Origin: Candidatus Poribacteria bacterium
GTDB lineage: Bacteria; Poribacteria; WGA-4E; WGA-3G
Reading direction: 5' to 3'
NCBI GenBank assembly: GCA_965205025.1
Contig: CBDBFU010000009.1
Location: forward strand, 128,001 to 192,000
DNA: 64,000 bases
Numbering within the stretch: the stretch's first letter is position 1; the number at the start of each line of letters is the position of its first letter. Below the pieces are notes generated by a model that had not been told where the DNA came from, did not search any database, and worked only from the letters and a program-made list of their open reading frames with translations. Made by a program: the position numbers and the translations under genes. Below are positions 11,191 to 20,837 of the stretch, piece after piece.

Positions 11191-11988
11191 TTAGACTAAC
11201 ATCTCAGCACGAATTGGATCGTGATGGTGATACTCATTTAACTGGATATCTTGCATTTTAAAATTATCAATAGCAGTTACATCCGTGTTAAGGATAAGTT
11301 CTGGTAAGGGTAAGGGTTGCCGTTTGATCTGTGTTTTCACTTGGTCAAAATGTGCATGGTAGATGTGTGCATCCCCTAAAGTATGTATAAATTCACTCGG
11401 TTGAAGATCTGTAATCTGTGCTACCATTGATAGAAGTAGTGAATAGGATGCGATATTAAAAGGGACACCCAAAAACATATCACAACTCCGCTGATACATC
11501 TGTAATGATAACTTCCCATCTGCTACAAAGAATTGGAAAAACATATGACATGGTGCGAGTGCCATCTGGTCTAATTCTGCTGGATTCCAAGCAGTAACAA
11601 TATGCCTACGACTATTTGGATTCGTCTTGATTTGTTCAATTACCTCTGCCAACTGATCAATTCTTCCGTTCTCTTTCCGCCAACGTCGCCATTGAACACC
11701 ATAGATACAACCGAGCGCACCATCGCGTCCCCATGCCTCAGCATTTGCATTCCAAATTTTTGTACCAAGTTTTTGGAATTGTTTTACGTGGTCGTACCCT
11801 CGTAAGAATCCTAATAATTCCGCTTTAACTGATTTGAAAGCAAGTTTCTTTGTAGTGACCGCTGGGAAACCATCTTCCAAATTATATCGCATCTGCATGC
11901 CAAATAAGGTACGTGTTTTCCCGTTTCTACCCTCTCTATCTACACCTGCCTCTAAAATCTGTTGAAGTCCTTCAATATACTGTTTCAT
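11191..11988 (-). CDS. thyA: thymidylate synthase
   Basis: GFPAVTTKK, IYGVQWR, MALAPCH, YQRSCDMFLGVPFNIASY, GDAHIY. Confidence 0.97.
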   Translation of the reverse strand: MKQYIEGLQQILEAGVDREGRNGKTRTLFGMQMRYNLEDGFPAVTTKKLAFKSVKAELLGFLRGYDHVKQFQKLGTKIWNANAEAWGRDGALGCIYGVQWRRWRKENGRIDQLAEVIEQIKTNPNSRRHIVTAWNPAELDQMALAPCHMFFQFFVADGKLSLQMYQRSCDMFLGVPFNIASYSLLLSMVAQITDLQPSEFIHTLGDAHIYHAHFDQVKTQIKRQPLPLPELILNTDVTAIDNFKMQDIQLNEYHHHDPIRAEMLV

Positions 11989-12055
11989 GTTGACTATTAT
12001 CGCTCCCAGAAAGTTTAACTATTTCCTGCATAAAAACGTCTATACAGAAATAAGG

Positions 12056-12490
12056 TTACCTATGATCTGTACTTCCAAAACCCCCTCTTGATGTGCCAGA
12101 CATCTGTTCCACCTCATTCCATTCAGGAGTAGCAACTTTAACAAATATAGCTTGTGCAATTCTATCACCTTTTTCAACCTTCACTGGTGCATCTGTAAAA
12201 TTGTAAACTTGAATTTTTATCTCATCATCTTCACCACAATAGTCGGTATCGATTATTCCTACACTCTGTGCCATCATTAGACCGTATTTTCTTGGGGAAC
12301 TGCTCCGCATACACAACATCAACATATAACCTTGTGGGGTTTCTACAATAACGTTCGCTGGTATTAATTCGATGCTTTTCGGTTCAATCTCCGCGGATTC
12401 ACGACACAGCAGGTCAAATCCTACCGATCCTTGGGTTTCATATTTCGGTAATGGAAGCGATTTATCAATTCTTTTAATATTTACTTTCAT
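12056..12490 (-). CDS. dut: dUTP diphosphatase
   Basis: GFDL, RSS, GIIDTDY, GDRIAQ, RGGFGST motifs. Confidence 0.95.
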   Translation of the reverse strand: MKVNIKRIDKSLPLPKYETQGSVGFDLLCRESAEIEPKSIELIPANVIVETPQGYMLMLCMRSSSPRKYGLMMAQSVGIIDTDYCGEDDEIKIQVYNFTDAPVKVEKGDRIAQAIFVKVATPEWNEVEQMSGTSRGGFGSTDHR

Positions 12491-13365
12491 TATGATACCG
12501 CTATCCCCTCAGCTTTACACTCAATCCGATACACAGACGTACTTGCGGTAATAAATAAACTCTTCCAAAAATCACCACCCCATGCTAAATTTGCAGTCCG
12601 TTCTGGTACAATTATTATCCCGAGGTGTGTCCCATCTGGTGCAAAGATCCATATCCCATTCGGTCCAGTTAGATATACATTCCCTTGGCGATCAACTTTC
12701 ATTCCATCGGGGACACCGTTATCTCCCTCTTCTACAGCAAATACACGATCATTTGTGATTGTTCCATCCGTCTGTACATCAAATGCGCGAATGTGCATAC
12801 GCTTGGTATCATTAATATATAGAATTGATTCATCCGGTGAAAAACAGATTCCGTTGGGTCTATCAAAATCATCCACAAGAAGAGTCAAATTTGTCCCATC
12901 AGGTGATAAACGGTAGACTCCTTGAAAATCAAGCTCTTTTTCAGATTCTTTGCCAGATAATCCGTATGGTGGATCGGTAAAATAGATACTACCGTCAGAT
13001 TTCACAACCACATCGTTGGGACTGTTCAAACGTTTACCTTCATAGTGTGATGCAATGGTAATGACATCTCCATCTGCTGTTGTACGTGAAACGCGGCGAT
13101 TTCCGTGTTCACAAGCAATCAAGTGTCCACCCTTATCATAGGTTAAGCCATTTGAATTGCCGGAGGGATCTCTAAAATCTGTCATCCCGGACTCTGCATC
13201 CCATCGACGGATTTTGTTTGCTGGAATATCACTAAAAATCAGATATCTACCGATAGAATTCCATAAAGGTCCCTCTGTAAATTTACATCCTGTTGCCAAT
13301 TGTTTTATTTCTGCTTCTTCATCAACTAAATCTAATAGTCGTGGGTCGCGAACATCAAGTGCCAT
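12490..13365 (-). CDS. SMP-30/gluconolactonase family protein
   Basis: FTEGPLW, FSDIP, SNGL, LNSPNDV, PNGICFSPD, PDGMKVD. Confidence 0.92.
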   Translation of the reverse strand: MALDVRDPRLLDLVDEEAEIKQLATGCKFTEGPLWNSIGRYLIFSDIPANKIRRWDAESGMTDFRDPSGNSNGLTYDKGGHLIACEHGNRRVSRTTADGDVITIASHYEGKRLNSPNDVVVKSDGSIYFTDPPYGLSGKESEKELDFQGVYRLSPDGTNLTLLVDDFDRPNGICFSPDESILYINDTKRMHIRAFDVQTDGTITNDRVFAVEEGDNGVPDGMKVDRQGNVYLTGPNGIWIFAPDGTHLGIIIVPERTANLAWGGDFWKSLFITASTSVYRIECKAEGIAVS

Positions 13366-13443
13366 GTTTTCCTTTCTAACAGATTCTAATTTCTGATGTT
13401 ATACTGTGATAGTAAGAAACTCGTTTTTTTAATGTGATTAATG

Positions 13444-13725
13444 TTATCGAAACTGCGGCAAAATAAGCATGAATATTAGTCCAATGCTCACACCACAGTT
13501 ACCCCATACACAGATTTTGAGTAGCCACTTCGGATAATTGGTGATTCCATAAAAATATACAGTGTATAGATGAATCCATAAACCAATGTTAATTAAAATC
13601 AGACCAATTAATGAATCTGAAGATCTGAAATAGGTTAGAAGAGATCCAGACACAAAAATTACTACGCCTATGAGACCTAATATCCCTGCTTGTGTCTTGT
13701 TCATCCCAAGATTTGAATTATCCAT
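13444..13725 (-). CDS. small membrane protein (3 TM)
   Basis: 93 aa with three hydrophobic segments; GAAAGG RBS-like site upstream. Confidence 0.55.
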   Translation of the reverse strand: MDNSNLGMNKTQAGILGLIGVVIFVSGSLLTYFRSSDSLIGLILINIGLWIHLYTVYFYGITNYPKWLLKICVWGNCGVSIGLIFMLILPQFR

Positions 13726-13957
13726 CCATTGACCTTTCCAGTTTTATGTTAAGATTGTGTTAGAAAAAACGTGTTAATTTTTGCGAATTGAGATGATTAT
13801 ACTTTCACGGAAACCTTCACGGAGCAATTTTACGAAGCCTTATTCTATAAGGGTTTATAATTTAAGCTATACCAATTTTCCGTGAATCACATTCGTTAAT
13901 TGTGATATAACTCAATTGTGTATTGAGTACTTATATGTTTTCATACAAAGTGTATTG

Positions 13958-14031
13958 GTACATAGCACTCCGCTGGAGTGCCAGACTATTCAGATATTAT
14001 TTTCTATAGACATAGTACTCCGCTGGAGTAC
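13958..14031. repeat. pair of REP-like hairpins
   Basis: ACATAGCACTCCGCTGGAGTGC and ACATAGTACTCCGCTGGAGTAC; same family as 8941-9016, 50815-50884 and 54911-54937. Confidence 0.75.
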
Positions 14032-14697
14032 GGTATTTTTGATATACAAAACTGAATAAAAATAGACTTATCATTAGAGACTCAGTTTCCCATGAATTAG
14101 AATTGTTAATCCTAATATGCAGACAAAAAATTTAGTCTAAAATAGGCATTTAATCCTAAATACTCAGACAGTAGATCGTCTTGATGTTGGATTACTCTAT
14201 GGCGTCGAAAAAATGAAAAAAGTTACACTTTTTGTCACACGGTGTGACATTGAAATTGGTGTAAATTACCCCTGTAACCCTTGTCATAGACTGACTTTAT
14301 TCCGCTTTAAATTGTCTTTATAAGAAATTCGAAAAAATGTGATTTTGTGTTATTGTTGTGCTTCCTGATTTTGGCATTTCCACCGGTTAAAAAGATACGC
14401 ATTTTTGACGTATATGGAATTTTGTAATTAGGATCGTTTTTATAGATAGTCATTAGTTTTTAGTTTGGTAGTTGTTGGTTTATAGTTGTTAGTTGTTTGA
14501 GATAGGTGTTTTCTTCATTTTTTTAAAGTTTTTTATAAAAATGTTTGATTCGATTCATTTAATGTCTGTTAATAGCATCATCTTTACCCACTGCTATCTA
14601 TCAATGACCTTGACACCCAATTCCATTCATGATAAGATAATTTTAATTGAATGATAGAATTAATAAATAGGATTGTTTAACCGAAAAGAAATACAAA

Positions 14698-14771
<74 letters not shown>

Positions 14772-14854
14772 ATATTAGTTTTAGAGTTTTATTAGTGTAA
14801 CAAATTTAGATCTTATTGTCAAGTTTCGTAAGACCACTGAGGAGGAATCTCAGT

Positions 14855-15943
14855 ATGAAACGTATAATACAGCACTTATCAAATCATACCTCGACATGTA
14901 AGCGATTATTATCATACGCTGCTATTATTCTGTTCCTATTTAGTTTAGCACCCGATATTGTAGAAAGTCGGCGTGGGTTCGGTGGACGGAGTTTTGGAAG
15001 AAGTTTCAGTCGTAGTTACAGTCGCAATACAAGTCGTAGTTACAGCCGTAGTTCAAAGACCTATAAAGCCCCTTCACGTAGTACACGTAGTACACGTAGT
15101 ACATATAGTGGAAGTAGAACATCAAAATCTACCTCTACACGTGCAAGTTCGGCAGCCCGTCAGAAACAAACTGCAACAACACGAGGAAAGACGACTAACA
15201 CCGCTTCAACAAGAAACACAACTGCATCTCGTTCACAACAATCCCGAACGACTGCTCAGAATCGGAAGCAGGTACGACAACTTAAAGCTGAAAACCGTAG
15301 TTTGAAACGACAGAATACAAGAGCAAATCGACAAACTGCACAAGCTCGAAGACAACAACGATCAACCATTACTGTGAACAATTTCGGTGGTTATTATCCT
15401 ATGGGTGGATATTCGATGTATTCGCTTGCTGCCTCAATGGCGTTTAATAACCTAATGTTTAATATCTATTTCCATGACTATTACAATCATTCAATTCGAC
15501 ATAGTTATTTATGGCATTATCATCATAGAGATTATGACCGTTCCCACTGGTCTGCTGAGAAGCAAGCGGAATATGAAAAATATAAGGCATATTATGAAAG
15601 CCAAGGGATTGAAGAGAATCCTAATTATGTAGACCCCGGCACAAACAAGGATGAGAACTACATTGCAAGTTATGTTGAGGAGAATCCTGATAAGTTCTAC
15701 GGGGATGATGTTGAGGTAGTCACTGTTGAAGAACTTCCTGATGAAGAGGCATTGAAGGAGGAACTTTTTGCATCTGCTGAAACACCAAATGTAACCTCGA
15801 ATTCTCAACGTGCCCCGCCAGTTACACAAAAGGTAATTGTTCAAAAGAAGACCTCTGGTGGAACATGGTTTCTTCTTATTTTTGGGAGTCTTTTGGTTGT
15901 CGGTGTCATCATGTTAGTATTGTATAACAAAGGTTATTTTTAG
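14855..15943 (+). CDS. exported Ser/Arg/Thr-rich low-complexity protein with C-terminal TM anchor
   Basis: GAGGAGG RBS; signal peptide, RRGFGGRSFGRSFSRSYS tract, Tyr/His-rich middle, C-terminal hydrophobic helix. Confidence 0.75.
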   Translation: MKRIIQHLSNHTSTCKRLLSYAAIILFLFSLAPDIVESRRGFGGRSFGRSFSRSYSRNTSRSYSRSSKTYKAPSRSTRSTRSTYSGSRTSKSTSTRASSAARQKQTATTRGKTTNTASTRNTTASRSQQSRTTAQNRKQVRQLKAENRSLKRQNTRANRQTAQARRQQRSTITVNNFGGYYPMGGYSMYSLAASMAFNNLMFNIYFHDYYNHSIRHSYLWHYHHRDYDRSHWSAEKQAEYEKYKAYYESQGIEENPNYVDPGTNKDENYIASYVEENPDKFYGDDVEVVTVEELPDEEALKEELFASAETPNVTSNSQRAPPVTQKVIVQKKTSGGTWFLLIFGSLLVVGVIMLVLYNKGYF

Positions 15944-15950
15944 GTGAATC

Positions 15951-16574
15951 ATGGCATTATTTGGTCGGAAAGAGGGTAAATCCCTTTTTGGTAAGCAGAA
16001 AGAGGAAAAGGATAGAACACCCCTCAAGCATGAATTGGTTGATATTTCTATCAACAGCATGATTGAGTTATCGGATCTAACCACTTTTGAAGAAACAGGT
16101 GATACCTCACATGCTTTTAAACTTGTTACCCGAAAAAAGTATGAAGGTGAAGCTCTTCTACGCTATATGTATCACATAAAGGATGCTGAGGAAGAGGTTA
16201 TACTCGGTGTTGACCATATACCGGGTACAAAGGATGAATATGAAACGTCTCGGTGGATCGTAGATGGTGAACAAGAACTTGGAGATCCTTTACCTGACGT
16301 TATGACACTTTTCTATCCTGATCCTGATAATGAAGAAGGGGAAATCGAAGTTGTTTATAATCGACAAGAGATAATCTCTGCTAAACTTACGGTTACGGAT
16401 GTCCAAGGTAAAGAGGAATTTGAAACAGAACTCCATGAATATGTCACAGAGAATGAGGAACTCATGTCTATTGAACTTTGTGGTGATTGGTTGACTTTTT
16501 ATGTGGGTTTACCTATTTTACCATCCGATGTAGAAGTATATCCTGCTCTTGAGACAGAAAAGTCTGGTAGTTAA
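15951..16574 (+). CDS. acidic hypothetical protein, DUF4178/DUF2491-like
   Basis: MALFG start, acidic beta-rich body, LMSIEL..W.TFYVGLPI.PSDVEVY end; 7 bp after the upstream gene. Confidence 0.55.
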   Translation: MALFGRKEGKSLFGKQKEEKDRTPLKHELVDISINSMIELSDLTTFEETGDTSHAFKLVTRKKYEGEALLRYMYHIKDAEEEVILGVDHIPGTKDEYETSRWIVDGEQELGDPLPDVMTLFYPDPDNEEGEIEVVYNRQEIISAKLTVTDVQGKEEFETELHEYVTENEELMSIELCGDWLTFYVGLPILPSDVEVYPALETEKSGS

Positions 16575-16712
16575 ATTCTATCTACATTAGTCAGTACCAG
16601 AGTAATTTCCTCAGACAATGTGTCTAACGCTTAAATTGACACCTATGGGTTCCGTAAACTCTATCCGACCTATAAATAATCCTACATAATCATTTAGAAA
16701 TAGTATAACAGC

Positions 16713-16743
16713 GTAAGCGGTGCGGGATTACCTGCACCGCTTG
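16713..16743 (+). terminator. GC-rich stem-loop upstream of first TolB-like gene
   Basis: GTAAGCGGTGCGGG-ATTA-CCTGCACCGCTTGC followed by CTTT. Confidence 0.5.
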
Positions 16744-16778
16744 CCTTTAAGACTCATAGGTGTAGGGGGTATCCACCG

Positions 16779-17843
16779 ATGAAACATCTAAAGATATTTG
16801 TTCTCTCACGCATCCGTATCCTTTTCTTTATCTGTTGTCTGCTCCTGTTTACCGATGCGACAGTTTGTGTTGATGCGAAAATTGTCTATTGTGTAGATGG
16901 TGATATATACGTCAGAAACGATGACGGCACTAATAGACGTAGACTCACAAAAAACACGATGGGGAAAGACCTTTACCCCAACTGGTCGCCTGATGGAAAA
17001 AGAATTGCCTTTATCAGGCTAATGGACAAGAAGAAGTCTCAAACCTCCGGTGAATTGTTCATTATGAACGCAGACGGAAAGGGTCTCCAACGGCTTACCC
17101 ATGACGACATCGGAGACGCATATCCGTCTTGGTCGCCCGATGGGAAAAAAATCGCCTTTCGGAGTCAACGAAGTGGAAGATATGAGGTGCATGTCGTAGA
17201 CCTTGAAACGCTTGCTGTCATGCAGTTAACTGGCATTGAAGGTGAACTGGGTTCTACTGCCCCCGACTGGTCACCCGATGGCACCCAGATCGTTTATGAA
17301 AAGTTTATAAACAATCTGGTCAGGCGACCGGGGTTCGGCGCTGGGTTATCCCATAAAAATATCTATGTGATGTCGGCGGATGGTGAAAATCAGCGTCCCC
17401 TTCTTCCCGATCCGAAGCCTGGTGCGGACACGGTTACCATGCGGTTCTTCCCACGTTGGTCCGCAGACGGACGACGGATCGTATTTGATGATTGCACCTG
17501 GAAAAAAGAATTTACATGTCGGCTCTCCGTGATGTTTATCGGTGGCGAGATACAGGTCATTCAGGATATTTATGACAAACTCGGAGAAAACTTGCTGATC
17601 GGATCCACCTGTTGGATAGAGAATGACAAAGCACTCCTTCTCTCCGTAATTCTAAAGGACAACCCTAATGCGAAAACTTATGATCTCTATAAATATGATT
17701 TTGAGACGGGAAACCTCAAACGGTTGACACTGACGCTGGGGGATGAGGAGTATCCTGATTGGATAGAAGGTGGGTTGTCTGTTTCACCACAGGGGAAGTT
17801 GCCAACACAGTGGGGAGAGAAAAAGCAGACCTTATCCCGGTAG
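16779..17843 (+). CDS. secreted TolB-like PD40 beta-propeller, copy 1
   Basis: Signal peptide, repeated WSPDG/WSADG, C-terminal VSPQGKLPTQWGEKK. Confidence 0.9.
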   Translation: MKHLKIFVLSRIRILFFICCLLLFTDATVCVDAKIVYCVDGDIYVRNDDGTNRRRLTKNTMGKDLYPNWSPDGKRIAFIRLMDKKKSQTSGELFIMNADGKGLQRLTHDDIGDAYPSWSPDGKKIAFRSQRSGRYEVHVVDLETLAVMQLTGIEGELGSTAPDWSPDGTQIVYEKFINNLVRRPGFGAGLSHKNIYVMSADGENQRPLLPDPKPGADTVTMRFFPRWSADGRRIVFDDCTWKKEFTCRLSVMFIGGEIQVIQDIYDKLGENLLIGSTCWIENDKALLLSVILKDNPNAKTYDLYKYDFETGNLKRLTLTLGDEEYPDWIEGGLSVSPQGKLPTQWGEKKQTLSR

Positions 17844-17983
17844 TTTCAAATCCATTTCCGTGCTGCCTTGATATATCCCTTTTTACTGCTGAAACCCGAA
17901 GGTGATTTCGATGTGTTCTTTATTGTATCCCACATGTGGCATATGAAGATTTAAATTGAGTTTCAAATGTTCGTTCATACAAG

Positions 17984-18041
17984 TAATCCTGTCCCTGATC
18001 AGGTTATGCATCGGTGCAGTACCTATTCAGAGACAGGATTA
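17984..18041. terminator. long imperfect hairpin between convergent genes
   Basis: TAATCCTGTCCCTGATCAGGT...ACCTATTCAGAGACAGGATTA. Confidence 0.55.
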
Positions 18042-18116
18042 AGGTGAAACATGAAATAAAATATTAAGTCATGTAAAAGACACTACGTTTTGTTGGTTTG
18101 TGATATGAATATCCAT

Positions 18117-18896
18117 TCATTGAACCGTAACAGTGTAGCTCTCTTGATATACAGTCTGATTTGCTCTATATATATAGGCTGTAATTGTATAATCTCCTGT
18201 ATGCATAGCCCCACTGGGAAATGTGTAACTAAAAGATGCTTCTGTTGATCCACTGTCTTGCGCGTAAGTTGACCCCATATTGGAACCAAGCGTACCTGAA
18301 ACATCACCAGGAGCATTCACATACCAAGTGACCGAACTGTATGGTGCATCTGTGATAAGAACTGCTTCATGGGAATCACCTGGATTCGCTGCATAAGAAC
18401 CATTTTTGGGTTTTAATCCAGGACTGGAATTTGCACCTTCTTTCCAGTCATCATTCTCTCCTGCTTTTTCCGCCTTTTTCTCATCGTAATCCCTATGAAT
18501 AACCGTGCTATCGTTTTTCTTAATTTCAAGAGTAGCGCTGGCTGTCCAACCCATAGCTACTCGGTTTATTTCCGCTGTAGCGAAAGTAAGGTCTCTTTCT
18601 TCACGAACTCCTTCATCAAAAGAATCTTGAGCAGAGACAGGATCTTCACCGCTTGCTGTGAGAAGTATTGTGTAATTCCCTTCTCGGTCCCAGTGTGCAA
18701 AGGTGATACCGTGAACATGAACATCTGTATCATGCCCTCCGAATCCACCAAAAACCTGTCCGTGGACATCTGCATATTCACTTGAGGGTAGGTCATTGTT
18801 ATGAGGATACTCATCATGTGAGTGTCCACTGTATAGGACGATTGTAAAGACTGTGAATAGAGTAAAGAGTGTAAAAGCAAACAATTTTTTAGCCAT
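18117..18896 (-). CDS. secreted protein B1 with C-terminal Ig-like beta-sandwich
   Basis: Signal peptide MAKKLFAF...; C-terminal VTWYV...SFSYTFP...GDYTITAYIY...SYTVTV; AGGAG RBS. Confidence 0.75.
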   Translation of the reverse strand: MAKKLFAFTLFTLFTVFTIVLYSGHSHDEYPHNNDLPSSEYADVHGQVFGGFGGHDTDVHVHGITFAHWDREGNYTILLTASGEDPVSAQDSFDEGVREERDLTFATAEINRVAMGWTASATLEIKKNDSTVIHRDYDEKKAEKAGENDDWKEGANSSPGLKPKNGSYAANPGDSHEAVLITDAPYSSVTWYVNAPGDVSGTLGSNMGSTYAQDSGSTEASFSYTFPSGAMHTGDYTITAYIYRANQTVYQESYTVTVQ

Positions 18897-18911
18897 CTTA
18901 TTTCTCCTATT

Positions 18912-19637
18912 TTATCGTAAGTTGAGATACTGATACGGATCAATACCTGAGGATTCTAAATCTAAAACACGTAGACCTGGTGGTGGATTTTTTAAATCCA
19001 CCCGTGTGAACTGAACGTGAGGACCCGATTTGATATGTGAGGACTCTCCTATTGTTTTTCCATCTTTGTTCTTAATCGGGGAAAATGTGACATAAACTGT
19101 GTCATTGTAGTGAGGATAGACTTTTCCGTTGTGTGTGCTACCCCCACGAAAGTTTCTCTCGCCTTCATTCCATAACTTAATTAACACTCGAGTCAGGAGT
19201 TCGGCCCTGGGAGTATCTTTATTCTTCCATATTACTTTGTATGGATAATCTCCCAGTTCTGGGTAGGGTCCAAAACCGAAAGGTGACACTGGCATATCCT
19301 CCGTATTAACCGTTTCTGTGGTATGTGGTGCTGTATAGGTGGACGTTTTTGTTGATTCTGTCTTATCTATCGTGGACGATGTGTCTTTGATAGGTTCCTT
19401 AGCATTTTGCTCAATACCACCTACATTTGAATCGGTTCCCTGTTCTGATGCTGATGGATCGTCAATCGTTACTGTTCGTTGCTTTTTGTATTGACGGATA
19501 TTCTCATGATGTAGAGCTTCGTCTTTCCTATAAGGTGCGGTCGTGTATTGATAGAAAAGATAGCACAGACCGGCAAATATAATTAGAAAGCCTATCCCCA
19601 TAAGAATCCATCTGTTGGTAAAAAACACATAAAACAT
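18912..19637 (-). CDS. membrane-anchored protein A1 (VSPFGFGPYPE family)
   Basis: N-terminal TM, Thr/Ser linker, VSPFGFGPYPE, ELLTRVLIKLW, GIDPYQYL; paralog of 19910 and 23646. Confidence 0.85.
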   Translation of the reverse strand: MFYVFFTNRWILMGIGFLIIFAGLCYLFYQYTTAPYRKDEALHHENIRQYKKQRTVTIDDPSASEQGTDSNVGGIEQNAKEPIKDTSSTIDKTESTKTSTYTAPHTTETVNTEDMPVSPFGFGPYPELGDYPYKVIWKNKDTPRAELLTRVLIKLWNEGERNFRGGSTHNGKVYPHYNDTVYVTFSPIKNKDGKTIGESSHIKSGPHVQFTRVDLKNPPPGLRVLDLESSGIDPYQYLNLR

Positions 19638-19707
19638 AATTACCTCCTAAAAAAGGGAAGTTATAGAGTTGCTTATATTAAGTTACATAGATTCAGATCA
19701 AAAACCT

Positions 19708-19896
19708 TTAGCTTTTTTTTAAATCTGTATCATGCCTCCCAAATCCACCAAAAACCTGTCCATGGACATCTGCATATTCACTTGAGGGTAATAGGTCATC
19801 TATAGGATAGCTATCATGTGCGTCTCCATTGAACATTGTAATTATAAAAACTGAGGATACCGTTATGAGTGTAAAAGCAAAAAGTTTCTTAGCCAT
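19708..19896 (-). pseudogene. 3'-truncated paralog of secreted protein B1
   Basis: Matches the B1 N-terminus (MAKKLFAFTL...LPSSEYADVHGQVFGGFG.HDTD), then runs directly into the duplicated upstream region of A1. Confidence 0.85.
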
Positions 19897-19909
19897 TTTT
19901 TTCTCCTTA

Positions 19910-20632
19910 TTAACGTATATTCAGGTATTTATATGGATCTATACCTGAAGAATCTAAATCTAAAACGCGTAGACCTGGTGGAGGATTTGTTAAATCCGAT
20001 TTATTATATCTAACATGTGGACCTGAAAGAGTTTCTGTGGTACCTCCTCTTATATTTCCTTCTTTGTCTCTAATAGGTGTAAATTTGTAATACACTACAT
20101 CATTGTAATGAGGATAGACCTTACCGTTGCTAATGCTTCCTCCTATAAAGTTTCTCTCGCCTTCATTCCATAACTTAATTAATACTCGAGTTAGGAGTTC
20201 TAAACTTGGTGTATTCGTAGTCCATATTACTTCATGAGGATAGTCTCCCAGTTCTGGGTAGGGTCCAAAACCGAAAGGTGACACTGGCGTATTCTCTGTA
20301 TCAACCGTTTCTGTGGTCTGTGGTGCTGCATAGGCTTGCGTTTTTGTTGATTCTGTCTTATCTATCGTGGACGATGTGTCTTTGATAGGTTCCTTAGCAT
20401 TTTGCTCAATACCACCTACATTTGAATCGGTTACCTGTTCTGATGCTGATGGATCGCCAATCGTTCCTGTTCGTTGCTTTTTGTATTGATGGATTTTCTC
20501 TTGATGTAGAGCTGCGTCTTTCCTATAAGGTGCGGTCGTGTATTGATAGAAAAGATAACACAGACCGGCAAATATAATTAGAAAGCCTATCCCCATAAGA
20601 ATCCATCTGTTGGTAAAGAACCCATAAAACAT
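19910..20632 (-). CDS. membrane-anchored protein A2 (VSPFGFGPYPE family)
   Basis: N-terminal half nearly identical to A1; C-terminal domain patchily diverged. Confidence 0.85.
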   Translation of the reverse strand: MFYGFFTNRWILMGIGFLIIFAGLCYLFYQYTTAPYRKDAALHQEKIHQYKKQRTGTIGDPSASEQVTDSNVGGIEQNAKEPIKDTSSTIDKTESTKTQAYAAPQTTETVDTENTPVSPFGFGPYPELGDYPHEVIWTTNTPSLELLTRVLIKLWNEGERNFIGGSISNGKVYPHYNDVVYYKFTPIRDKEGNIRGGTTETLSGPHVRYNKSDLTNPPPGLRVLDLDSSGIDPYKYLNIR

Positions 20633-20681
20633 AATTACCTCCTAAAAATGGGAAGTTATAGAGTTGCTTATATTATATTAA

Positions 20682-20766
20682 GTTACATAGATTCAGATCA
20701 AAAACCTTTAGCTTTTTTTTGAAATTGAAAAAAGTACTAAAGAATTTTTGTCTAATCGTATATAAT
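20682..20766. promoter_or_regulatory. back-to-back candidate promoters CTAAAG-N16-TATRTAA
   Basis: Minus: CTAAAG gtttttgatctgaatc TATGTAAC (20711-20682); plus: CTAAAG aatttttgtctaatcg TATATAAT (20737-20766); repeated at ~24430-24517, minus-strand half also at ~19682-19711. Confidence 0.6.
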
Positions 20767-20837
20767 TAAATAGAGACTATATTGTTTGTGTAGAATTATT
20801 TCGTTTTCTCGTAATTCGCCTTGAAGGAGGTAAATAC

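Noticed and set aside
18912-20632. A proteins as anti-sigma factors
   Set aside because: Only about 9 residues precede the TM helix, too few for a cytoplasmic sigma-binding domain if the C-terminus is outside; topology not verified.
20701-20745. Invertible promoter switch
   Set aside because: The inverted CTTTAG/CTAAAG boxes are short, orientation is the same in both units, and no recombinase gene is nearby.
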